Origin: Octopus bimaculoides
Lineage: Eukaryota
Reading direction: 5' to 3'
Length of the DNA stretch: 64,000 bases
Assembly: GCF_001194135.2 (NCBI RefSeq)
Contig: NC_068990.1
Coordinates: 78,685,838-78,749,837 of the forward strand
This document shows positions 26,603 through 38,841 of the stretch, one piece after another (within the stretch, counting starts at the first letter, position 1; the number at the start of each line of letters is the position of its first letter). The notes under the pieces were generated by a model. It saw only the letters and a list, made by a program, of their open reading frames with translations, had not been told where the DNA came from and searched no databases. The position numbers and the translations under genes were made by a program.

Positions 26603-26676
26603 AATCCTGGCTGGGCCTTACTGTACAATGATTCTGGCTGATATGGGAGCAGAAGTCATTAAAGTTGAGAGACCAG
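26603..26676 (+). CDS. SUGCT: SUGCT exon (74 nt) (R)[24 protein letters not shown](G)
   Basis: Acceptor tatag|, donor cag|gtaaat; phase 2 in, phase 1 out. Confidence 0.93.
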
Positions 26677-27505
26677 GTAAATTGATTTTTGTTTCCATTT
26701 TCAACATTTTGTATCTTTTTTTTTTTTTTTGTACGTTTTTGTGAATTTGTGGAGGTGCAAACGTGGGTCTGTGGTAAGAGGCTTTGTTCCCAGCCAGATG
26801 GCTCCAGGTTCAATTAAACTGCTTGGCATCTTGGGCAAGCCTTTGGTCAACCAAAACCTTGTGAGTGGATTTGTAGACAGAAACTGAAAGACGCCTGTCA
26901 TATATATATATATATATATATATATATCTATCTGAGTGTGTCTTTGTGTCTGTTTGTCCCTTACCACTGCTTGGCAGCCAGTGTTGGTGTGTTTACATCC
27001 TCATCACTTAATGATTTGACAAATGAGACCAATAGAATAAGTACCTGGCTTAAAAAAAAAAAGAAAGAAATATCTTGGGTTCGATTCATTTGACTAAGAA
27101 TTCTTCAAGGCGGTGCTCCAGCATGGCCACAGTCAAATGACTGAAACAAGTAAAAGAATAAAAGAGAACCAACTGACTGTTATTACAAATTTTGCTGTGT
27201 TGTGGTTGCTGTTGTTGTTGTCATTATCATTATTATTATAATTATTATGAAGGTGGTGTTCTGGCAGACTCGTTAGCATGTTGGACAAAATGCTCAGCAG
27301 TATTTTATCTGTCCTTACATTTTGAGTTCAAATTCTGCCGAGGTTGACTTTGCCTTTCATTCTTCCGGGGTCAATAAAATAAGTACCAGTCATGTACTGG
27401 GGTCGATGCAATCGACTTACCCAGCTCCCCTGAATTGCTGGCCTTGTGCCAAAATTTGAAAGCCTTCTTCTTCTTCTTCTTCTTCTTCTTCTTCTTCTTC
27501 TTCTA

Positions 27506-27587
<82 letters not shown>

Positions 27588-28506
27588 CCAAGGTTGTGGA
27601 GATGACACAAGGACATGGGGTCCACCATTCCGAAGTTCAGAGAGTACCTACTTCCTCTCAGTCAACCGGAATAAAAAGGTTTGTATTTGAGAGTGTATAT
27701 CTTTCTACCTGTCTGCCTACCTGCCTGTCTGTAATGAGCAGGTAGATTAGGGATGGAATTAATGTAAAAGGGAGCTACTTTATCAAAGATCTCTTTATAT
27801 GGGAACAGGTTAGAGGTTCTGTTGTGGATAAAATGTCTGGGTGGCAGGAATATTTCTTGATGTTTCAGAAGGTTTAAGGCAATAATGTGTGATTTGATAG
27901 AGATTGGATTGCTATGTCTGGAAGGTTGAGTGACCACGAAGGAATTCCTTTGTGTGAAATATACCAGGTAGAATGCTTTGGTAGAAAAGAGATCAAGGAA
28001 CCAAGTAGAGGTTATCTCACTGACTTGAAATACCAAGGCAGAGAGTTTTGTCAGCACTGACAAAAACACACACACACACACACTCACACACACAAAAGAC
28101 GCCAGTTCTCTATCAGTTATGACAATGAGGCTTCCAGTTGATCCAATCAAAGGAACAGCCTGCTTGTGAAAGTGAAATTAATGTGCAAGTGGTTGAGGAA
28201 TGAGAACCCAGGTTCGAAGTTTCCCCAAGACACCTGATGAAGGCTGGAGGGTATATCAGCCGAAACGTTGTGTTAACAACAAACAAGATGAGGACAAATA
28301 TCCGTCAAATGTAAATAATGTGAAGAATTAAGGTTTTGAAATTATGCATTAAATGCAGTATCAAAACCTTGCTTCAGGGTAAGTCCTTGGTTGTGCATCC
28401 GTGGAGCACATTCACCATTTATGGCTGCCAGGTGTCATTAGTGATATTTTGCATTAATCGTTGGATCAACTTGCAGGAATTCCACTCTCCATCTTATCTA
28501 TTAATC

Positions 28507-28547
<41 letters not shown>

Positions 28548-28932
28548 NNNNNNNNNNNNNNNNNNNNNNNNNNNNNNNNNNNNNNNNNNNNNNNNNNNNN
28601 NNNNNNNNNNNNNNNNNNNNNNNNNNNNNNNNNNNNNNNNNNNNNNNNNNNNNNNNNNNNNNNNNNNNNNNNNNNNNNNNNNNNNNNNNNNNNNNNNNNN
28701 NNNNNNNNNNNNNNNNNNNNNNNGTGGTTTTTTGAAGTTTACATAAATGGTTTTTCTTGGCAGAGTATTGCTGTTGATATAAAGACACCTGAAGGCAAAG
28801 ATTTAATCAGAAAGGTAGGTGGTTGTTATTGGACTTCCTTTTTCCTTTGTCCTTATTTAGGATGTAAAATTATGTAAAATTCATGGGACTTCCGTTGTCT
28901 TACCAAACCTTAGAAAGGAGTACATTGCTTCA

Positions 28933-29003
<71 letters not shown>

Positions 29004-31845
29004 TCACAAAGGACTTTAGGAAAACCTTGATCATAAGTTTGGTCCCTCTCATTTCCTTTAATGTATATAAGTCTTCATGTTTTTTTCTAAGAAATTATAT
29101 CTGAAGACAATCAGACAGTCTTCTATTTTCCACCAGCTTGCCCAGACCAGTGATGTGTTGGTAGAGAATTACTTGCCCGGGAAACTAACTGAAATGGGTC
29201 TTGGTTATTCAGAAATGGCTAAGATTGCCCCACACCTGATATATTGTTCCATTACAGGTAAGCTTTCTTAATGACCCCCACCATATCATCTTTTAGTTTT
29301 AAATATTTCAGTAGATAACCTTTCCTCTATATTCTGTTCAGTAGTAACAGCTTTCTTTGTGAGCTTTCTTGGTGACCAAACTTAATCTTGTATCTTCAGA
29401 TATTATTATGAAGATTATCATTTTCTATGTGTTTACAGATGTAGTTCTCACTGACCAAATATCTCGTTGGTTCTTTCATAATTCCCACTCATTCGGTCAA
29501 CTGTTTCTTAATAGCTAAAGTATTTTGAGGACCAGTTGTGGTCTCAGTTATTCAGACCAACAGTAAAACAATACCTCAACCCTTCTGTTATCCTACTTCT
29601 GTTGAAATAACCTACTTCTGTTGAATAACCTACTTCTGCTTCATTTAATTTTTAAAATAATGAAGACTTCAGTAAAATAACTTTGTCATCATTAAAAGAA
29701 ACTATACAGATACCCCTATCATCACTCCACTGCTCCCTTTGTCCTCAGTACCCATATAAAATCCCTCTGTCTACCCTAGGGCACCATACTGCTCGCTTTG
29801 AGAAGCACCATTTTTGGGCATTGATTCATTAGAGATAAGTTTTCTGACTGATCCAACAGAGTCTCAGATATTCACACCTGGCTAAGAGTGTCCTCTCTCT
29901 CCATCTTCGTCTGTTATAACTTTAAGTCTGGGTTCTTTGTAAACTGATGTTGCTATAGTGTATACATATATATATATATATATATATAAACATTAGGTCG
30001 TCAAATATTAAATTTGTAGTAAGGTATATGGTAAACTTTGACAGCTGCTCATTTTGTGCCATTATTTTTTGTTAGAAAGCTGACACATCTATTTCTTTAT
30101 TCTAACTTTCTAACTCATTTTGCACTTTATAAAGTATTTATGTATCATTTTTTGCTATTTTTGTTTAGAGATGGATAAGTCGGAAATTCGTACAGTTTTG
30201 AAATATGAGTTCTCTCTTGGAAATACAGCATCACAGGCAGCTCAGAATATTAATCGAATATTTCATTCTAATGTTATTACACAGGAGACAGTATCAAATT
30301 GGTTTGCAAAATTTCGTTCTAGTAACTTTGACCTCACAAATGAGCAGCATGGTCGACCAGAAACAAAGGTGGATAATGACGAACTGAAAGGCACTGTCGA
30401 GTCAGATCCATCTCAAAGTGTCCTTGAATTATCGTTGTTGTTTGGTGTTAGCAAGCAAATAATATTGATTCACTGAGTTCAAATCGGTAAAGTGAAAATC
30501 AGAAACAGCAATGTTTGGAAGTCTGCATTATGCTACTTTCTCGTCACAAAAGTTAATCATTTTTTAATCGAATTGTAACATGTGATGAGAAATGGATCAA
30601 TTTCAACAACCGTAAACGTTTAGCACAATGGTTGGACAAAGACGAGCAACCAAAACACAGTCCAAAAGGCAAAATTCATCAAAAGAAGCTGATGGTGTGT
30701 GTTTGGTGGTCTGGCGCAAGTGTGATCCATTATGACTTCATTAAACCTGGCTCATCAATCACGGCCGCAGTATACTACAACCAACTGGACCAAATGATGC
30801 AGAAACTTAGAAAGAAACAACCTAGATTAGTCAACAGATCCACTCCTATTTTATTGCACGACAACACCAAACCACACATTGCAAAAATGACATTGGAGAA
30901 ACTGCAGGAGTTGGAGTTGGAAGTTCTCCATCATTCACCATACTCACCTGATCTTGCCCCCACGGACTACCACTTCTTCCAGAATTTTGATAACTGTTTG
31001 ATAGGAAAAAAAAAAATTAAATTCCGATGATGCTGTAAAACAGGCCTTCCAGGATTTTAATGACCCCTAGATTGCCAGGCTTTTACAGTTCTGGGCTGGA
31101 CAAGCTACTGCTAAAATGGTAAAAGTGTATTGACAATATTGGTGCATACTTTGATGAATAAAACTATTCCTTGTATTTATAAAACATTAGCAAACTTTTT
31201 TTCTTTTCTACAAATTTCATACTTGACGACCTAATATAATAATAATAATAAAATGAGAGAATAGCGAGATAATTAATAAGTTATTGTTTATTAATTAAAA
31301 TATTGACAAACATCCCTTACAGCTGTTTCAATTCAGACCCTCAGAAAATTAATTAATTAAATTAAAAATTATTTGAAAGAGATTCAACTTTCAAAGGACA
31401 GCAGCAGCACAATGGGGTGAGAGGATGGGGCTGGGAGGAAAGCCACACTGCTGCTAAAATCTATGACATACACACAAACATACACACACATACATATACA
31501 CATGCGTGCACGCGCACATGCACACAAACACAGACACACACAAAGAAGGAGACACAAACGCATGCGCACATAAGGATACATATCTTAGAACAACAGAATG
31601 GAGTAAGTGGAGCAAGAACACACATAAAAATGAAAAGTATTGCTGAAGAGGTCACAGATGTGTGACAAAAGATTTCTGGACCATGGACATGAGTTAAAAT
31701 AATGAAATAAGAACAGTAATAAATGAGTCAAGAAAAAATCTATAAAAAGAAATGACCATCTTGAAATACAAGAATATCTGTTTCAACACAGGATTTCACA
31801 TCAGGAATCTTGCAAAATGAATTGATTATGATGATGATGATGATG

Positions 31846-31887
<42 letters not shown>

Positions 31888-34800
31888 ATTTATATATATA
31901 TGTATATATAGGCCTATCTTTCTGCTTTGTCTTTGGGTTATCTATCCACCTGTATATCTGTCAATTTATCTGTCCACCTGTTTAGTAGCCAATGGCCAGT
32001 TACTGACCATTCACCTGACATCAACCAGTCACTTATTGCTCTTTCTGGAGACTGGCTTTCTCGTATTATCTTTCAGTTTCTCTGTCTTCAGGTTATGGTC
32101 AATCTGGTCCATATGCCAAGCGACCTGGTTATGATATTATCGTGGCTGGAATTGGTGGTTTAATAAATGCCACGGGACCAAAGGTGAGATAAAATCTTTT
32201 TATAATCCTCCATGCTACAATTAATGTTTCATTAACACTGATTTTATTTTTCCAAAGAGTCTTACAAGTGCAGGAAAGGACATTGTTCTTTTGTATCTCT
32301 ATTGAATCCATGGCAGTAACAACAACAATGATAATTCTTCCTAATTTTGGCACAAAGCCAAAAATTTTGAGGGGAGGTGCAAATCAATTACATTTACCCC
32401 AGTATTTGACTGGTACTGAAAAGTAAAGTTGACTTCAGCAGTATTTGAACTCCTCTGCCAGTCCTGATGATAAGGATTCGTTATAATAAACTCCATCTCA
32501 CAAAAACAAAGGAAATACATTTCTAATACTAAAATTAAAACTCTGTTTGTTTGTGATTTCTATAATTTTAGTGAAACAGCAGCATAATGTTGTAATATAT
32601 TCCCTTAAACACGAGGCCCTTAGCCTGAAATAGTTTCAATAAACTTTTGGTTACTGGAACTCCCAAAACAATGAATTTATTGCTTCATACAGCTTTACAG
32701 GAAAGAAATTTTTTGTCATTTATGAAATGGAGAAAATTCTAAATGGTGTCAACACACACACACATACACACACATGCACACACATACACACACAGATGTG
32801 CACACACACACACACACAGATGTGCACACACACACACACACACACATGCACACACACAAATTTTTGTTGCTTTTCCAAATACTTTCATTAAGACAGAAAA
32901 GTAATTTTCTGTTATTCATGAAATAAATTCATACATGAATGACCTCAACAGATACACACACACTTGATATATGTATGTATGTACCTCTCTTTCTCTCTTT
33001 TCTCTCTTTCTCTCTTTTCTCTCTTTCTCTCTTTTCTCTCTTTCTCTCTTTTCTCTCTTTCTCTCTTTTCTCTCTTTCTCTCTTTTCTCTCTTTCTCTCT
33101 TTTCTCTCTTTCTCTCTTTTCTCTCTTTCTCTCTTTTCTCTCTTTCTCTCTTTTCTCTCTGTGCACCTTTGTATTCCCTTCCCCCCACCTCACTGCTTGA
33201 CAACTGGTTTTGGCCTGTTTGGTAAAAGAGACCAATAGAATAAGTACCAGGCTTAGACAAAGCACTGCGGTTGATTTGTGAGACTAAAACCCTTGGCGGT
33301 GATGCCCCAGCATGGCCGCAGTCCAATGACTGAAACAAGTAAAAGAGTGAAAGACTACAGAGAGAGAGGGAGAGAAAAAGGGAGAGAGAAAGTGAGGGAG
33401 AGAGAAAGGGAGAGAGAGATCAGGAAGGAGGTATTTTTGTTAATGTTTCTCCTCAGATGAAGACTTTCAAATAAAAATGTTTTCCTGTTTCTGTTTTGTA
33501 ATCAGCCATTTTTTTTTCTCTAAATAAGAATTCATGGATGCTCTTTCTTCCATTTACTGATTCCTGATGATGGCAAACCAGTTTGCCAAAGGCAGCTGTT
33601 TTCTCAGTCAACAGCTGAAAGTATTCTGCCAAAGACACTGAATGAAGGAAAAAAAAAAGTGTTCTATGTATTGTTGTTGTTGTTGTTGTTGTTGTTGTGC
33701 ACCGCATGTTGGTTGTCCAGTAAAACAAGAGGTCAAAGAGTGACCGAGAAGAGATATTGCTTTGCGACATTGGGTCCTCTATAACAATTTCTTGCCAGGA
33801 ACTCTTCTGCTCCACTTCTGCAGCTATTTATGTATATTCAGAGAGTCTTTTCTGAGCTTTACACCCTCATTCCAACCAAAGACAATGTCAGAAGCAATAA
33901 AGATGGCTGCTGTTTTGCAGAAGAACCAATTATGTCCTGTTAATTGCCTGATGTCTCCCCTGTTCATATTTGCTGTTCTTCAGTCACAAACAGCCATACT
34001 TTATTTACAAAAACATGATTAGGTCCAGGGTAGATTAATGAATGGAGGATAAAGGATAACTCCTGTGTCACATTCGTGTTCTACCCAAGGATATTTCAGT
34101 CAGTGAGGGAGCCCTCTGTATGGTAAGTTGATTTGCTAGAAATATCAGCCAAACTCCATTAAATATACTCTATTGTTTTAACAAAAAGTTGAGATGGTTA
34201 CAGTTGTGACACCTTTCATTACAAGTCTACACAATCAGGGTAGAACTGGGGTCAACATCAACTCCCTTAAGGTGAGTCTCTATGCTCCACTTGACTTGCT
34301 GAGAATAACAAGTAAATCTCTTTCAAATTACAACTTACTGTCTTAAAAATTGAAGGACGCATTTGATAATGATGTAGTTTTAGAAATATCAGCCCTCAAA
34401 GATGGAAGATCATTATGAAACTGTCTTTGATCATCGGCCTGCTGGATTAGGTTGACCTGGGGCTAAATAGCAACAATTCAAAAGCAGAAGTGATGTAAGT
34501 TGGGGATCTAGATCATCCCGAATGCAGTAGTGAGGTGTCCCATCCATGACCATCCTGTCTGTTTTATAAGTAGAGAACCCAGAATCACTTTATCCAACAG
34601 ATGGTGTGGTACAATTTGAAAGAAATTTGGCTGCTATTCCTAGCAGGTCAAACCACCACAGAGGCACCGTTCTTTCTGATGTGAAATTGTTACAACTGGA
34701 AATGACAATTTATGCCTTCATTTAGCCACTGCCTCTCCTCTCATGCTATTCACCATTTTTTGGCTTTAATGGAACCATCTTTTGTCTTCTAAAATAGATT

Positions 34801-35496
34801 CCACAACTCATTGATAACTTTTATCTTTTACTTGTTTCGGTCATTAGAGTGTGTCCATGCTGGGGCACCTCCTTGAGGAATTTTTAGTTGAATGAATTAA
34901 CCCCAGTACCTTTTTTTTTGTTTTTCAGTCTAGTGCCTGTCATATCAGTCTCTTTTGCCAAACTGCTAAGTAAACACTTCAACATGGTTGTTAAATGGTG
35001 GTAGGGGGGACAAATACCCACACAGATATATATATATATATATATATATACAAGACAGGCTTCTTTCAGTTTCCATCTTTGAAATCCACTCACAAGGCTT
35101 TGGTTAGCCCGAGGCTATAGTAGACACTTGCCCAAGTTACTACACAGTGGGACTGAACCCAGAACCATGTGGTTGAGAAGAAAACTTCTTACCCTCAGCC
35201 ACCCCTGCACCTCTTGGCATTAATTAACGAATTTGTAAATAAATAAATCAACATTGAAAATATTTTGTCTTTCATAATAAAGGATGGTGAACCCTGTAAA
35301 GTTGGTGTGGCTATGACAGATTTAGCAACTGGACTCTATGCGCATGGTGCCATTTTAGCTGCTCTTCTCACCCGACAGAAAACAGGAGTAGGACAATTTA
35401 TTGATTGCAACTTACTCTCCACCCAGGTAACAACTTTAACATTTCCTTGACTTTTCTTCCTTCCTTCCTTCCTCCTTCTTTTGCTCTCTCACTCAC

Positions 35497-35571
<75 letters not shown>

Positions 35572-35672
35572 TTGTTGTGCTGTATCAGGCATATTGTGAA
35601 GGCTTGATCTTTGTGTGACAGATTGGTTGGTGTGGAAATGTGGGACTGTTGTGGAGAGTGTAAAATATCAAG

Positions 35673-35714
<42 letters not shown>

Positions 35715-35831
35715 GTATGGCATATCAGTTATTGAGTGATAAATACAGTATTATACTCAGAGTAATTGGTGTTGGCGGTGTTGCCTGGCAATATTTTTAC
35801 AGGTTGGACTTTGGTAGGCTTCATAATGAAA

Positions 35832-35863
<32 letters not shown>

Positions 35864-38762
35864 CCCATGTATGTCTGTCACCATCATAATTTTCATGTCA
35901 GTTTTCCCTGCTGGCAAGGATGGGACAGTTCTGTAGGTTTCAGTAAGTTAGAGAACCACATCTTTTTCCAATGTTTCATTTTTGGAATGGTTTCTACATC
36001 TTGAAGCCCTTCATAAAACCAACCCCTTAACTTGGGATAATGTATGCTTTCTATAGCACTAGAACTATTGGGGTTGTCTTACCACCAGAAAACTGAAAGA
36101 GAGCCCTTAATAATGGAAAAAAAAGAAATGTATGATGAGAGGTCAAAGTTAAAGAGAGACATCAGAGTTTTACATTGTCTTTGTTTGCAAAAATTGGCCG
36201 TAATTGGAGGAACTGAAGAGCACAGGAGGTTCATACAGAGAGAAACAGTGTGAAAGAAGTAGAAGAGAAGAGAAATAGAATGAGGAAGAGAAAGTTGAGA
36301 GTGAAGAGTGAAGGGAAGGAAAAAGATGAAGGAAAAAGAGGAGAGCTGAAGGATGAGAAAGGATTTATAAAACTAAGAGGAGGAGGTGTAAGAGTAGAAG
36401 GATAAATGTTCGTTTAGATCTGTTGGTGACATGGTGCCAAATTTGAATATGAAATGTTCTCCCCTCCATTCCATTTAGAATGTAAATCCATGGTGTGTAG
36501 CAATGCCATATACTGAAGAGTGATGGAATGGTCTGAAGTGTTGAAGTGTCGGGGGAAAAGTTGACCTGGCATATGTAGTAATATGCTTTAAATCATCATC
36601 ATCATCATTGTTTAAGGTCCGCTTTCCATGCTGGCATGGGTTGGATGGTTTCACTTAGGACTAGTGAGCCAGGAGGCTGCACCAGGCTCCAATCTGATCT
36701 GGCAAAGTTTCTACAGTTGGATGCCTTTCCACTCTGAGAGTGTAGTGGGTGCTTTTATGTGCCACCGGCACAAGGGCCAGTCAGGTGGTTCTCGCAATGA
36801 CCACGCTCAAAAGGTGTTTTTTACGTGCTACCTGCATGGGAGCCAGTCCAGTGGCACTGACAACGAAAGTAGGAGAAAGTAGGAGAGCAGTGGATGGTCA
36901 ATGTTTGGGACCCGGTGGAGTGCAGGCTCCACAACTGGTCAGGGGTACACTCAATTCAGAAAGAATTATTGCATTTTCTCTCTTTGGGATTCAAAATCTG
37001 AATCAATGTTGAAGAGCTGATGAAGGTGAAGGAATTGAGAAACTGGTTTGACAGATTTAGCTGCATGGGACCGAGTCAAGCAGTTCTAAATAATATATTT
37101 AACTCCTACTAAATGATGTGTTCAGTGTCTTTTCCTTTTGTTTGTTTATTTGCCTGCACACACACACACATGTATATCCATGCCATACATATGTGTGTGT
37201 GTGTGTGTGTGTATAAATATATCTGTATCTATAAATATTGATATTTTAATTCAGTGAATTTTTTCATGTTTTTTTTTTTTCTTAAATGATTGCAACAACC
37301 ATGAATAATACAAGAGAAGTTACCATTCATATTGAGACGACGACCACCACCCCCGTCAACCACCACCACCACCATGTCGTCATCACTGTCATTGCCTTTC
37401 TGTTTCTCCATGCTTGCATGGATCTTGGATTAATCGAATCTTCTCCAACATCTCAAAGCTTAATGTGGTCCCTTGCCATCTCCTTTGTGAGAGGTCCAAC
37501 ATCTTAAGGTCAATCTCTTTGTCTTCTGATTCTTCTGATTCTTCCATTTGAATCAGTTCTTCTTAAACAGTCTCTCATCCTTAATATCCATCACATTCTC
37601 TCCTCTTGCATATTATGGCTGATTCCTTGTATGCCTGGCTTTTCTCTCAGCTCATTTCTGGCCTCAACTCCATTCCTGTGCATAGCATTCTGCCTCCAAT
37701 CAAGCATGCATTCTTCATTTCTTTCTTCACTTCATGCATTCTTGTTATTTAAGGCTTAAGCTTTGTTACCCTGCAGTATTACATTCCATACACAAGTATC
37801 ACACATCTTGTCTTTCTCTCAAAGACACAAAGAATCCCTTTGTTGTCGGTAGAAGTACTAGTTCCCTCAACCCTTTCTTCCTTGTTCTTATCTGGCTACT
37901 CTGTTTTCAGAACACCCATCTCCATTGCTAATTATGTAACCAAAGCAACCATCTCTACTTCTAATTATGTAACCAAGATAACAAAAGCTGTCAACTACTT
38001 CTAAGGATCTTCTTGAGTATTCAAAAGGATTCATGTCTTTGACTACTTCTGTGTCTCCACTGGACTACTTCTCTATATTTGCTACACTGTACATCTACTC
38101 TTCGACTTGCGTATCTGCTAGACATGAAATTCTTCTCCTCTGTTAACCTTATTTCTGATCCTGCTGCATGTCTTTTACAGCCTTAATCTTGACATCATGC
38201 AACAATTCTCATTTGCTCCTTTTCTAGATATTAAACATGGCCACTTCCTAGAAAGCAGGAAGGTCCTGTCTTGTTTTCTGCTAAAACGTTTGACTATTTG
38301 ATTCTTGCTTTCATGTTTGAAATTTCTTTTCTTCTTCAACAAATTCAGCTGAGAACTTGGTCACTGAAGTTCCTATGGAGAGCCAATCTTAAATTCTTTG
38401 CTATGACCTGAAGGACTACAATAAACAGGAAGGAACTAAGTACCAAGTCCTCATAGACATCTACTGGAATACTAAATTGTTTTTTGAACTCCTTGCTAAG
38501 TCTGTGATGTGTGAGGATTAGCATGTCAAAGAATGGACCCAATGTTCCCTTTGTGTGTCATAAAATGTGACTAAAAGAGGTTGTAGGATTTGTACTGCAA
38601 CCTTGTAAAGGCCTCACCTGCAATGACTGTCCAAAACAGACCCCCCCCCCATGAGTTGGAGGGTTGTTGCCTGAAGAGTACAAAGGTGTCATCGGCCAAG
38701 AGTAGGGAATCACCAACGAATGGTGGATGCAGTATATCACTCTGTTACAGTGCATGCCTTCA

Positions 38763-38841
<79 letters not shown>

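Noticed and set aside
28205-28225. GGTTCGAA and GAGTTCAAAT B-box matches as tRNA genes
   Set aside because: All lie within repeat or SINE heads and none forms a cloverleaf.
32916-33338. Long REKRER and SLFS ORFs
   Set aside because: Translations of a pyrimidine minisatellite.
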